A stretch of DNA of 64,000 nt, from the NCBI RefSeq assembly GCF_902713615.1, contig NC_052158.1, forward strand, positions 13,326,546 through 13,390,545. Direction: 5' to 3'. Positions 1-13,049 of the stretch are shown piece by piece. Made by a program: the position numbers and the translations under genes. Each line of letters begins with the position of its first letter. Within the stretch, counting starts at the first letter, position 1. The DNA is from Scyliorhinus canicula. Lineage: Eukaryota. The notes below the pieces were generated by a model. That model was given only the letters and a program-made list of their open reading frames with translations, did not search any database and was not told the DNA's origin.

Positions 1-362
1 CTTTCTCCTGACATGGATGGGTGATATTCGAACACAAGGGCAACGCTTATCTATAATGCTGATTTGGCAAAAATCACATTTAGTCGGTAGAGTAATATGT
101 GGTTTGCGCGTAATCTTGCCCTTTTGTTATGTGCAAAATACTTGTATTTAAGAGGAGCCAGCGTATTTTAGACACCCCTCACCTCCTTTATAGAGAAGCT
201 GAGTACAGTAATGGCTGGATGGTTGATGTGGTGATAGGTGGTTGGGTTCAATATGTCCTCATTTGGTTTGAGGAAAGCGCGCAGTTACAGCTAATTATGG
301 TGGTTTCATATAGTGAATCATGAGAATCCGTACTTATCCCCTATGAAGGCCCGGACAGATCA

Positions 363-727
363 TAGGGTAGCACGGTAGCAGGGGCAGCACGGTAACGTAG
401 TGCTTAGTACTATGGCTTCACAGCACCAGGGTCCCAGATTCGATTCCTGGCTTGGGTCACTGTGCGGAGTCTGCACGTTCTCCCTGTGTTTGCATGGGTT
501 TCGTCCGGGTGCTCCGGTCTCCTCCCACATGTCCTGAAAGACATGCTATTTGGTAATTTAGACATTCTGAATTCTCCCTCTGTGCACCGGAACAGGCGCC
601 GGAATGTGGCGACTAGGGGATTTTCACAGTAACTAGGAAACAGAGCAGCGCTGTCTCAACATAGGCAACTTCGGTTTCACAGTAACTTCATTGCAGTGTT
701 AATGTCAGTCTACTTGTGACAATAAAT
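363..727 (+). mobile_element. V-SINE (HE1-like) with 'type B' 3' tail
   Basis: tRNA-derived head (ggcagcacggtaacgtagtgcttag...gattcgattcc), V-domain core (gggtttcgtccgggtgctccgg), tail gaacaggcgccggaatgtggcgactaggg. Confidence 0.85.
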
Positions 728-2683
728 ATTATTCTATTATATGTATCCTGGAGATGATTGGGTTCCTTGTAATTCTTCATTGCCCTTGGCATTTTTGACC
801 TGATGGATTGGGGGTAATGAGCGGTAGTGTATGCATGGCTGTGGGCAGTTAATTCTTACGTGAGTTGTTCAAGTGAGTGTCTGTATACTATGCCTCTGCA
901 TTGTTGGAACCCTTCTTCCGGGTCGAGGTAGGCTTGATGGGGGAGTTAATCACCCTCGACCAAGAGGTTTCCTGAGTGCGTTCCTCGTTGTACTGGACGC
1001 AATGTCTTTGCCTATGTTGAGACAGCGCTGCTTTGTTTCCTAGTATCCCCCTTGCTATAGAATACAGTGTTGTTCTGTCTAATAATCCTTAGTTAATTAG
1101 TGTTGCTCCCCTAGAGGGGATTTTAAAAATCTGTATCTGGGTGAGCAGTGTGTCGATATTGGTCCTGTTTTGGTCTTTTGGGTTAAAGGGAGGCCATCTA
1201 ATAATATGGCGGTAGCCGTGGGGGGACTGGGGGGGGGGGGCGGTGGACGACATGGGCCCACCCCCATGTCGCCCAATTAATGGGTGTCATGGATTTTTCT
1301 TCTCTTTGATAGCGGGGTATCCTTAGTTGAGGTCGATGTGACGTTTCTAGTCTGTGGGAGGGAAGGAGGGGCTGATGCGCTGCCTCAGCTGTGGTTAGTG
1401 TGAACTAGGGCCAATAGGTTTTAAGTTCTGATGTGTGCTGGGTGACGTCTAAATGCAAGAATGCGTTGGACTAGGCCACGTCTGGTACAATGATTGAAAC
1501 CACATTCTCCCTTTTGCTTGGGACGTCCCTTCTAGAAAGCACTCATTTGAGACGTCCCGAGAGGCGAAGTCTTGATGTGATTTTGTTACCCTTGGTTTAC
1601 AGATTCTTAGGTGAACGGGGGCGTGAGGTTGGATCATGTCCTGTACTGTGATTGGTATCCTGTTGCCCTCCTTATGTTTGGGATGTTCCTTCCTTTGCAC
1701 GAGATGTCTTTCTTCTTCATTGACATATGGAGTCAGAGAGGTCATTGATATGATGGAGTGTGTGTGCCTGAGGAAGATAGACCGACAGCTGTGCCCTGGT
1801 CCTTTATATCCTGAGACCTGGTAGTTTTCATTTTCTTTATCCTGCCTGGTTTAGCTTGCTGGGAGGTGCTGACCGCAATGACTATAATCCGGATCGGTTG
1901 TGTGAATGTTTACCAGTTCTCTCTGTATAAGTATGAATAATGACAGTTCTGCACTGTGCCTCGCATTGGAGTTTTGTTGCGTCTTGTGGTATATGTAAAA
2001 TGTCCTTTTGGAACTGGTGTGCTATTTTCATTTCCTTTGTCATGTTTCATTTTCCTCATGGTGGGTTTAACGAATCCAAGATTGGCTCCTGAAAGTTACA
2101 GACAGATTTTATATTGAAAAGCAAGAGTTTACAGTATATTATTAGTCCTTCTGGTGTTGCTGGCGTTGAGGGAGATAGGGGGCTGGATTTCCTAGTCCCT
2201 CATCCGCGTGTTGTCTTCTCCTCCCGCTTGTCATTGGGGGTTTCCATTGAAGCCACTGGGCATTTCGGCCCAGCGTGGCCATGCCACCCAGTTTATATCA
2301 TTAAGCTAGTCCCACTTGCCTGCATTTGGCACATATCCGTCTATACCCACCCTGCCCATGTAACTGTCTAACTGTTTTTTGAAGGCAAGCCCATGGGCAG
2401 CGGTGCGTTGCAGGTGGGAAACGTGAATCACAACTGGGGAATTCCAGCGGTTCTGGTGCGCTCCGGAACATGGCGCTAAGATCTTAGCCTGAATTCCCAT
2501 GGTATTTGTGAGCAATCTCTGCATGGGAAGGGGTGCACAATTTTATCCATGGTCTTATTCTTCTCTCCCTGCAACTCTGGTGGCGCGTATACGGGCACCA
2601 AGTTAGTCCCGATGTTGTGCTCCTTGTTGTTTATTGTTTATTGTTGCCATATTGTTTTGCTCCTGACCCCTTCTGTATCAATG

Positions 2684-2995
2684 TATGGAGTCATAGATGG
2701 TTACAGCATGGAAACAGGCATTTCGGCCCAGCGTGCCCATGCCACCCAGTTTATATCATTAAGCTAGTCCCACTTGCCTGCATTTGGCACATATCCGTCT
2801 ATACCCACCCTGCCCATGTAACTGTCTAACTGTTTTTTGAAGGAAAACATTGTACCCGCCTCTACCACTGCCTCTGGCAACTCGTTCCAGATGTTCACCA
2901 CGCTGTGTGTGAAAAAAGGTCCCCTCTGATCTCTTTTGTATCTCTCGCCTCTCATCTTAAACCTATCCCCTCTAGTTCTAGACTCCTCTACCTTT
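2684..2995 (-). mobile_element. CR1/HER1-type LINE 3' fragment
   Basis: Reverse frame FFTHSVVNIWNELPEAVVEAGTMFSFKKQLDSYM, typical of the CR1 ORF2 C-terminus. Confidence 0.85.
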
Positions 2996-3639
2996 GATGA
3001 GCTGTACTATTCCTACGGTTTTGTTGCGTTATTTGTTGCAATGGGAAAAGAACTTCAATAGCAATACTTGAAAAAAAATTATAACATTTCTTTCCTCATT
3101 TGCCATAAAAGCATTCGAAAATTTTAGAGCCCGTCGCAAAATTGATGTTGCGGATCAGACCGCGCACGCTAGGAATATTGGAGCAGTAAACAAGTGGCAC
3201 TTTTGTAAAGCACTGTCAATTGAAATTAGGTCATTGGATATTTTGTAAGTCGCTTTTCGCCAGTGGCGTCCTGTTTGCCGGCAGAGTGTGACTGACACTC
3301 TCAACATCCGCCACCGCTGCAGTTGCTGTGTTTTGTTAGATTGCCCAATAGGTGTAAGAATTTACAGGAAATTTTTAAACCTCTCCGTTATTCCAATTAA
3401 TAGGATAATGATCTTTTACTGATACGTGAAGGAAAACTATTTTGAAACAGGTTTTTAGCAACTCGTATTGTCTAATTCATAGATCAGCATGTATTTCAAG
3501 GCAATCTACCATAGCATTGATCATTCAATTAATGTAGCAAATTCAAACTCTCTGCTACTGTTAATTGATATGTTTTCCTGCTGCCAATAGTTTCTGACAT
3601 TTCCTCTGGTTTTATCACCTATTAACTCATTTATCCCTC

Positions 3640-3960
3640 ATAATTTTAGACACGTTAATCATGTCCCCCCTCAGTCTCCTCTGCTCCAAGGTAAGCAATC
3701 CGAGTCTATACAATCACTCTTCATAGCTAAAACTCTCAAACGCAGGCAACATCCTGGTAACTTTCCTTAGCATCCTTTCTAGTGCTATCACATGCCTCCT
3801 ATAATGTGGATTCCAGAACTGCACACGATACTCTAGCTTTGGCCTAACAACGTTTTATATAGTTCCATCATAACCTCTCTGCTCTTAAATTCTATGCCTC
3901 AGCTAATAATGGAAACTATATGATAGACCATCTTAACCACTGTATCTACCTGCCCTTCCA
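3640..3960 (-). mobile_element. CR1 LINE ORF2 fragment
   Basis: Matches other CR1 copies in the window (ccagaactgcacacgatactc motif region). Confidence 0.7.
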
Positions 3961-4039
3961 CAGTGATCAGTGCACCCTCCATGCTTCCCAGGGTCCTGCC
4001 ATTTATCATGCATTCCCTTGCCCGATTGGAAGAGAGCAC

Positions 4040-4148
4040 GGAACCTTTCCTCGGTGTCCCAGCTGATATTTACCTCTCAATCAACATCACAACGACCGAC
4101 TATCTGTCCATTGTCCCACTTCTGCTTGTGGCAGCTTGCAGTGCGTAT
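4040..4148 (+). mobile_element. DeuSINE (SacSINE1/AmnSINE1-like) 3' fragment
   Basis: ttcctcggtgtcccagctgatatttacctctcaatcaacatcac resembles the remembered DeuSINE consensus; a related copy lies at ~26915-27050. Confidence 0.55.
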
Positions 4149-4149
4149 T

Positions 4150-4491
4150 TGGGCGTCACGGTGGCACAGTGATGAGCGCTGTTGCCTGTAGCGCCAGCGA
4201 CCGGGGTTTGATTCCAACCTTTGGTGACTATGGATTTTCCACATTCTCCCCGCGTCTGTGTGGGATTCCTCCGGATGCTCTGGTTTCCTCCCACGGTAAA
4301 AAGGTGTGCAGATTAGGTGGGAAGAGCCATGTTAAATTGCGCCTTGGTGTCCAAAAGTTTAATGGTTAGCTGGGGTTATGGGTTTACATGGATAGGACAG
4401 GCGAGTAGGCCTAGGTGGGGTGCTTTGTCGGAGGGTTTGTCCAGACACGATGGGCCGAATGGTCTTCTTCTGCACTCTACGGATTCTATGG
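4150..4491 (+). mobile_element. V-SINE (HE1-like) with CR1-derived tail
   Basis: Head, V core and tail gatgggccgaatggtcttcttctgcactctacggattctatg. Confidence 0.85.
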
Positions 4492-4807
4492 AACAAAACG
4501 TGACTGGTTAACCGGAAAATCTCGTCTAATATGACTCTTCATCAGAACCGGAGAGCTGCCCATCTTTCGGCGATACATTCACTAATTTGTAGCGTGGCCT
4601 GTAACCTGATCTCCAAAATATCTTTCTCTGTCCTCTTACCCATGGAAGCAAGACACATATTCATTTGTGTCGAGGTGGCAATGCTAATTAGCTACGCTTG
4701 ACTTCCTATCCCTTTCATATTAAAAGTACATTGACAGTTTAAAGCGCAACTGTTCACAAAGCTGTGCCAACAATGCATTCCTGTCTTTTGTGGTTATCAA
4801 GGTCTCT

Positions 4808-4958
4808 CCATTGGCTGAGGCTATTCATGAAGGCCCGCCTTCCCAACATTGTCCTTAGCCTGAGGCGCAGTGATCCTCAGGTTTAATCACCACCAGTCAG
4901 CTTTCCCCCTCAAAGGGGAAAGCAGTCTATGGCCATCCGGCGCTATGGCAATTTTTCT
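4808..4958 (+). mobile_element. Short interspersed repeat (SINE-like), partial copy
   Basis: Homologous to the reverse copy at 53683-53876 (ccctcaaaggggaaagcagtctatgg). Confidence 0.6.
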
Positions 4959-5599
4959 TATTTTTACCATTGAGAACTCAAAAACCGTGGACATTGTCTT
5001 CTTCATTGTGGCTGCGTCAAAATCCCGAACTTCCATGCTAATAGCACTTTGAATGTATCTACACTATGCACTGCAGCAGTTTAAGAAGTTGACACTCTGA
5101 CGGCTTGTCAAGGCAATTAGGATGGACAATAAAGACGCTTGCTTAGCTAATGATGTCCGCATCCCACAAAAGAAGAAAAACAAACTTGTGCATTGTCGAA
5201 AAAGGTAGAAATTGCTGAAGTTTTACGTTTTGCTGTCTTTAGGCCAATTCACAAGAATACCAATGGTAACAACATTTTATACTACATGGGAAGAATGTGC
5301 CGATTGGCAAGTGGAATCTTATTGTTAGAATGCACCTATTTTGCAATAAAAAAATCAAGGCTTTCTTTGATATCTTACAATTAATCGGGGCATCCATCAG
5401 ACAGACCCCAGACCAGCTCACATGACCCCTTTGCAGCTAAATTCAAAGCTACAGTTATGAAGTGCAGTAACTTTATCTATCTTATAATTGTACACAGTCA
5501 TAACTGCAGTATTTTATGATGGGGAGGATTGAGGGAGTCAGCAGGTGAATTACACTACGCAACACTTCTAGTGTCTGATCTGGTGTTGCAGCCACGGTA

Positions 5600-7860
5600 G
5601 TTACAATTTTATGTATTTACCGGATGTGGGCGTTACTGGTTAGCCCAGCATTTAATGCCCATTCCTAGTTGCCATCTTGAATCACTGCAGTTCCTGAGGT
5701 ATAGGTACACCCACAGTGCTGTTAGGGAGGGAGTTCCAGTATTTTGACACAGCGACAGTGAAGGAATGGCGAAATATTTCCAAGTCAGGGTGGTGAGTGA
5801 CTTGGCGATGGTACTCCAGATGCTTGGGTTCCCAGGTATATGCTGCTCTTGACTTTCTAGGTGGTAGTGGTCGTGGGATTGGAAGGTGCTGTTTAAGAAA
5901 CCATGCAGAGTTACTGCAGTGCTCCTTGTAGATGGTACACACGGCTGCCTCTGTTCATCGGTGATGGAGGGTTTGCATGTTTGTGGAAGGGGGAGAAATC
6001 AAGCGGGATGCTTTGCCCTGGATGGTGTCGAACTTCTTGATTGTTGTTGGAGTTGCACTCTTCCAGGCAGTGGAAATTATTCCATGTCACACCTGACTTG
6101 TGCCTTGTAGTTGGTGGTCTGAGGAGTCGTGAATGATCCTGAATATTGTGCAGTCATTGGCAAACATCACTACTTCTGTCCTTATGATGAAAGTCGAGTT
6201 CAGTTTCTGGCCAATGGTGTCCCCGGGATGTTGATGCTGAGGGATAAAGCTGTGGTAAGGGGCTGTTTAGCTCACAGGGCTAATTGCTGGCTTTGAAAGC
6301 AGACCAAGGCAAGCCAGCAGCACGGTTCGATTCCCGTAACAGCCTCCCCGAACAGGCGCCGGAATGTGGCGACTAGGGGCTTTTCACAGTAACTTCATTT
6401 GAAGCCTGCTCGTGACAATAAGCGATTTTCATTTCATAATGTCATAGACCATTGAGTGTCAAGTGTAGATGGTGAGATTATCTCTTGTTGGAGATGGTCA
6501 TTGGTGGTACTTGAGTGGTGTGAATATTACTTGCTACCTAGCAACTGACCTTTTCCCGTTTATTGCTTATTGACATGGAATGCTTCAAATTCTGAAGAAT
6601 TCAGAGAGTGATACTAACACTACAATCATCAGCAAATATTTTCATTTTTGGCCTTGTGATGAAGGTCATAAGGTCATTCTGACCTTATGATAAATCAGCT
6701 GAAGATGTTTCAGGAATTACTGGGGCAATGTTTCTTGACTGAGACGATTCACCTCGAACAACTCAGCCATCTTCTTTTGTGCTCGGCATGACTCAAACAA
6801 GTGGAGGCTTACCCTTGATTCCGACTTACACCAGTTTTGCGAGGGCTCCTTGAAGGGCTCGGTCAAATCTGTCTTAATTTCAAGGACAGTCACTGTCACC
6901 TCACCCTTTGATTCCGTTCTTTTGACGATGGTTGGCCCATGGCTGTATTAGGGTCAATGACACTGGCGGAACCAAATCTGAGCATTGGTAAGCTGGTTAT
7001 TGCTGCGTAAACTGCCGTCGATATCACTGTCGAGAAACGTCCAATCACTTTGCTGATGTTTGAGAGTAGATGGGGCGGTAATTCATTCAAATGGATTTGT
7101 CTCTGCTTTGTGACAAAAAATGTGAAGCATTGTTCAACATTCGGTGTAGATGCCAATGTTGTTGCTGTACCGAACAGCTTGGCTGAGGGGCATGGCTTGT
7201 TCCAGAGCATAGGTTTTAGGTACGATTGCCGGGACGATGTCAGGGTTCAGTCCGTTTGTTGTATTCAGTGCCTTTAGCTGATATATTATTTCACTTAGAC
7301 TGAATCAAATTGGCTGAAGCCTAAGGGCCTCAGGAGGAAGCGGAGATGGAGTATCAATTGGTACTTCCGGCGGAAGATGGCTGAAAATGCTTCAGCCTTG
7401 TCTTTTGCAATGATGTGCTGGGCTCCCCCATCAGTAAAGTTGGGATACTTTCTGAGTTTCGTCCTATTGTTAGTTGTATAATTTTCCACCGCCATTCATG
7501 ACAGGTTGTAGATGGACTGCAGAGCTTTTATCCAATCCATTGGTTGTGGTTTACTTTAGCTCTACCAACAAATGCTGCTTCTGCTTTTTGGCAAACGGCC
7601 CTGTGTTGTAGTTTCAGCACATTGCCCTTTCACTTTTAGGTATGCCTCATTCTGCTCCTGTCATGACCTCTTGACTGAACCAGGGTTGACACCTTGGCTT
7701 GATGGTAATGGTAGATTGGGTGATATGCTGGGCCATAAATTTGCAGATAGTGGTTGAATACGATTCTGCTACTGTTGATGGCCTACAGTGCCTCGTTGAA
7801 GCTCAGCTTTGAGTTGCTAGATCTGTTGTGATTGCATCATATTTAGCACGATGGTAAATC
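5600..7860 (-). mobile_element. L2/CR1-clade LINE, 5'-truncated, interrupted by a SINE
   Basis: Reverse strand carries a degenerate RT region (FADD at ~6620-6640) continuing to the 3' end at ~5600; same family as 7870-8845. Confidence 0.75.
6259..6437 (+). mobile_element. Short ~180-bp tRNA-SINE sharing the type B tail
   Basis: Head ggggctgtttagctcacagggctaa...ggttcgattcccg, tail ending (catttc)n. Confidence 0.85.
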
Positions 7861-7869
7861 TACAAAGAC

Positions 7870-8845
7870 AACACCTGAGGGAAGTTCCGAGGCCCAACCA
7901 TATTCAGCTGCTTCATCAATGACCTCTCTTGCATCTTAAGGCCAGAGGTGGGGATGTTTGCGGATGACTACAGACTGTTCAGCACCATTCGTGTGGTTCC
8001 TCAGATAATGAAGCAGTCTAAATCCAACAAGAACTGGACAATATCCAGGCTTGGCCTGATAAGTGGCGTTACATTTGCGCCACTCAAGTGTCAGGCAATC
8101 ACCATCTCCTACAAGAGAGGTTCTAACTACCACACCTTGAGATTTAATGACATTGCCATCGCTGAATACCCCACAATCATCATCCTGGGGTTACCGTTGA
8201 TCAGAAACTGAACTGGACTAGCTACATTAATACTGCGGCTACCAGGGCAGTTCAAAGGCTTGGAATCCTACGGCGAGTAACTCAACACCTGAACCCCAAA
8301 GACCTGTCCACCATCTGGGAGGCACAAGTAAGGAGTGTAATGGAATACTTTCCAGTTGCCTGGATAACTGGAGCTCTAACAACACTCAAGAAGCTCGACA
8401 CCATCCAGGGCAAAGCAGCCCTCTTGATTGCTCTCCCTTCCACAAACATTCAAACCCTCCACCACCGACAAACAGACAGAAGCAGCCGTGTGTACTATCT
8501 ACAAGATTCACTGCAGGAACTCACCAAGGTTCCTTAGACAACACCTTCCAAACTCACGACCACTATCATCCAGAAGGACAAGAGCAGCAGATACCTGGGA
8601 ACCCCAGCAACTGGAGGTTTCCCTCCAAGTCACTCAGCACCCTGAATAGAAATATATCGCCGTTCCTTTGATGTCGCTGGGGCAACATCCTGGAACTCCC
8701 TCCCTAATAGCACAGTGGCTGTACCTACACCACATCGACTGCAAAGTTTCGAGAAGGCACTGTCACCATTTGAAGAGCAACTAGGGATGGGCAATAAATG
8801 CTGGCTAACCAGCGACGCCAGCATCCAGTAAATAAATGAAATGAA
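7870..8845 (+). mobile_element. L2/CR1-clade LINE 3' part (RT C-terminus)
   Basis: GMFADD RT motif; VMEYFPVAW and TLKKLDTIQGKAA; ends taaataaatgaaatgaaa. Confidence 0.8.
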
Positions 8846-9029
8846 AACACCATGGGCAGCATACTCATTGTGAAAACAGGACATAGTTTTCAGAATGATT
8901 GTGCGGTAGCCACTTTTACCAATACTGAAATGAACAGACGCAATCAAGAGAAGTAGTTTGACGAGGACTATGTCTAGCAAATTTCCCCCCTTGTTGGTTC
9001 CCTTAGCACGTGCTGCAACTCTGGTTTGG

Positions 9030-9450
9030 CATTTATGTCCTTCAGAAGCCCATCATCTCGGCCAGTGATGCTACCGACACACTACTGGCGATGGTCATTG
9101 AAGCCTCTACCCAGAGTACATTGAGCTCTTGGCCCCCTCAGTGCTGTTCAACATAGAGAGAGCTGATTAATCAGCTGAGGGTGAACAGTAAGTGGTAACT
9201 AGCAGGAGGTTTTCTTGTCCATGCGGAACCTGACGCCCTGAGACTGTCATGGGATAGGAACCGTTGCTGAGGACTCCCTCCAAACTCTCTCCAAACTCCC
9301 GGCTCTGCTGGGTCGATCCGGCAGCTTGCGCAGGAATGGTTTTAGCGGTGTCTGGGACATTGTCAGTAAGATATGATTCTGTGAGGGCGACAATTTCAGG
9401 CTGTGAGACAGCTCTTCCACATTTAGGACAAACCCCCTGACGGCGTAAGG
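9030..9450 (-). mobile_element. Degenerate LINE fragment (L2/CR1 clade, upstream ORF2 part)
   Basis: By-eye similarity to the family only. Confidence 0.4.
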
Positions 9451-10404
9451 ATGATTTTTCCAGGTGATTGGAAACGATTCCAGGTGAGTGTTTTATCTCA
9501 AAGTATACTTAGTGCAGAATTCAGAATGTCGTTGTGTGTGAGATATTCGGAATTTGCTAACAATTGGCAAAATAAATTACTCTGTGGCTGCACATTTCGT
9601 GGTGAGCCATCGGGAATACCATTTCAAAAGGAATTTCATCAGTTGCATCAGCAAATTAGAGGGCTTTCATCGCACATGGAGATGAGTTTAACTTACCGTG
9701 GGTAGAATTGCTGTTCCTTGTTGTGGAACAACAGATTAATTGCAGTTCATTGAGGTCGGTTAAAAATGTCACGACTTTTCTCCAGTAACATCCTGTTGTT
9801 ATGTGAATAGTCGAAGTGAGACCACGAAGTTAGTAGTTTTGTGTGGTATCATGAAATCGCTGACACATTTGGGAGAACTGGACGGTAGCCCCCTGATATT
9901 GCAGAATATTTGAAAGGTAATTTACAAGGTGACGGGGCGGTGGGGTGGTGGTGGTGGGGGGTGGGGGTGGGGGGGGGGGGGGAGTGGGGGTTGTTGAAGA
10001 AAATAACGTTTCTACACACACGTGAGGACAGTGTCAGAATCTTTCATCTGGCAAATCTTATTCAAGGGATAAAACACTGTTCTCAGATCAACTGTTGAAC
10101 CTTATTTTTGTGTACAATTAAGCGTGCAGTGATACTGCAGTTGCCATTAACAGGATGTTGTACTGTCCTGTGTGGAGGCTTCCAGGTCGAATGCCTCACG
10201 GCTCACGGATCTGCACAAGCACACTTTCAGATCGTTGCAAACCTGTGCTGCTGTGAAGTTTATATTTTCTTATTTACTGAGAACAAGCATAGATGTATAT
10301 AGATGCATGGCTTACATTAACAGGGAGCGGAAATGTTTAAAGACGCCTTTCTTTAAATGTGTCAATTGCATAAGGCAGGGAAGTGTGACTACACTGAGCT
10401 ACAT

Positions 10405-10813
10405 GGGGCGGCACGCTGGCACAGGTTCAATTCAGGCCGTCTCTTATGAATTTTGTACGTTCACCCCACATCTGCATGGGTTTCCTCCGGGTGCTTGGTT
10501 TCCTCCACAGTCCAAAGATGTGCAGGTTATGTGGATTGGCGACGCTAAATTGGCCGTTAGTGTCCAAAATGTTAGGTGGGCTTATTGGGTTACCGTGATA
10601 GGGTAGGCGTGCGCCTGGACCTGGCTGAGGTGCTCTTTCAGAGGGTCGGTGCAAACCCCATGGGCCAAATTGATCCTTTTGCACTATCGGGATTCTCTGA
10701 CTCTATCGAGGATAGGGTGGCGGTGTGGGCTGAAGTAGGGTGCTCTTTCCAAGGGGCCGTGCAGACATGATACGCCTAATGGCCTCCTTCTGCACTGTAA
10801 ATTTTATGATTCT
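10405..10813 (+). mobile_element. V-SINE with tandemly duplicated CR1-type tail
   Basis: The gatagggt...gggtgctcttt...gcac...gattct segment occurs twice (10600-10705, 10710-10813). Confidence 0.8.
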
Positions 10814-10999
10814 AATAAACAAGGACAGGGATATCAAAATCTTACTCAAATGCAGATATCTGAGATACCAAAGAGATACCATGGGTAATGGATTTTTCAG
10901 TTATCAACACAATCTCAGTTTGTCCAATTTTTAGACAGCCTGAGGTTATCCTCCGTTGAGCGGAACTCATTATAGTTCAAAGTATTGAAGACGCTATCA

Positions 11000-12960
11000 A
11001 TCGATTCCACGAGGAGAATTGCAAGGAAAGAGTAACTGAATAGTAACTTTCAAAATTGCACATAGTTGTCAGGGCAATTAAATACCTTTACCACAGGGTT
11101 GCTACAGGTGCACGATGGTTCGAATGGCCTCCTGGTCTCTACGATTCTGTCTTGCTATGCTGAAGACAATTTCTGGTGGCTTGTTTATTCAAGTATTTTG
11201 TATTGAACCACCATTTCTTTCAGAAGTCTTTATACACATCAACTACTTTCATCGATCCTATGTTAGTTTATCCAAAAGCCCAATTAAGTTAGGCAGACAG
11301 TGCGTATGAATCCGATTTCATTTTGGTTCAGACTGCATATAGCAAGGCACCAGAATTTCTCAGCAAACAATGCCGCCAAATTTGCCCTTAATGGTAAAAT
11401 GATTCAGATCAGAACGAGACCATTCAATCCAGCGTGATTATGCCAGCTCTATAAAACTTTAGTACCGTTAAACTCACAGCTCTCTGTTTTTCCCCATATC
11501 CCTCCATTTTCCCATTAGTACTAACCAAATTCTTGTGCAACTTATTCCTGAATCCACTTTCATCAAGCCTCGAAGCAGATGAAAAGAAATCCCTCCATGA
11601 AATAAGTTCTCCCCCTCTCACCTCTGACATTTTTGTCAATACCTCAAATCAAAATCACTGATTGCTAGCCATTGTGCCCTTGGATACATTTTCTACGCAT
11701 TTATAGCATTAAAACATTTACAGATTTCAAACACTTCAATTCCATCTTTTCACACTGTTCTGTGCTCTAAGGAACATAGAGACATGGGACTTAAGAGCAG
11801 GAGTAGTCCATTCGGCTCCTAGAGCCCGCTACACCATTCAATGGGGATCGAGTGGAGGTGTGGGTATAGTGTGGAGGTATGGACTTGGATAGGGCCAGTG
11901 CAGACTCGATGGGGCCGAGTGGCCTCCTTCTGCACTGTAAGTTCTATGAGTTAATCAGATCATACTTCTACTTTCCTATCTGAACCCCTTAACCCTTTCA
12001 CTCATTTGGCCGTCAAACATCGGCCTAACCCAACCTTAAATAAATCCAACATCTCGAAATCCATTGATTTCTGGGGAAGAAAATTCCACAGACATGATCC
12101 TGTGAGAGGAAATACATCTCCCTATCTCCATCTTAAAAAGGAGATGCGAGAAGGATGTCTCCGCTAGTGGAGGTGTCCAGAACCCAGAGCTCACAATCTG
12201 AGGATACGGCTCAACCATTTACAAGAGAGATGATGAGAAGTTTCTTCACCCAGAGAGTGGTCGGCCTACTACATGAAGTAGTTGAAGGCAAAACACTGTA
12301 TATTTTCAAGAAGGAGTTAGATATAGCACATAGGGCGAAGGGTATCAAAGGATATGGGAGGAGGCGGGAGCAGATATTGAGCTGGATTATCATGTTGATT
12401 TGCGTAGGCAGGCTCGAAGGGCCGAAAGGCCTCCTCCTGCTCCTATGCTCCTATTCTCTATGTTCATATAGACCACCTTATCATTAAACTGATTCCGATA
12501 GTCCTTGTTATCCCAAAAAGGCAACATCCTCAGTGACTACCTTATCAGGTCCCTTCAGGATCATATACCCTTCAATGAGATCACCTCTCATCCTCTGAAC
12601 TCCAGTGGACATGGGCAAACTCTATACAACCTTTCTTCATAAGACAAGCCTTTCATCCGAGGAGTCTGTCGAGTTGAACCTTCTCTGAACTGCTTAAAAA
12701 TAAATGTTACCTCTTTCAAACAAGGAGAGAAAAACTGTGCAGAGTAGTCCAGTTGTAGTCGTACCAATGCCCTTTGCAAATATATTAAAATGCCATTATA
12801 TATTTCATTCCTTTTGACCCTAAGGAGTACGATGTCAATTTCTCTGGGCGCCCTAAGTAAGTGAAGCCCGTCATCCCACGTACTTCGACATGCAATCAGA
12901 GGCCTTGACATTGTTCCTAGAAATATATTGTACAAAATTCAACACATTACTGCAGCTGAG
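11000..12960. mobile_element. Cluster of CR1 fragments in both orientations plus an isolated HE1 tail (11840-11950)
   Basis: + strand FFTQRVVGLL at 12240-12270; - strand LQRALVRLQLDYSAQFFSP; CR1 tail motifs. Confidence 0.7.
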
Positions 12961-13049
12961 GCCTAAACCAATGACTGATAAACATTTTGCACAACCGGCT
13001 TGCTTTTTATTTTAGTTCAGCTATTTCTACAGTTAAGGGTTCCCTTTTT

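Noticed and set aside
5600-8845. Twin-priming inversion of one LINE
   Set aside because: Both arms contain the same RT (FADD) region and their own 3' end, so they are two independent head-to-head copies.
9785-10270. Possible pseudogene V domain (LLLCE*SK*DHEVSSFVWYHE...CCCEV)
   Set aside because: In-frame stops, Trp-to-Cys distance far too long, no J motif or splice support; likely chance.
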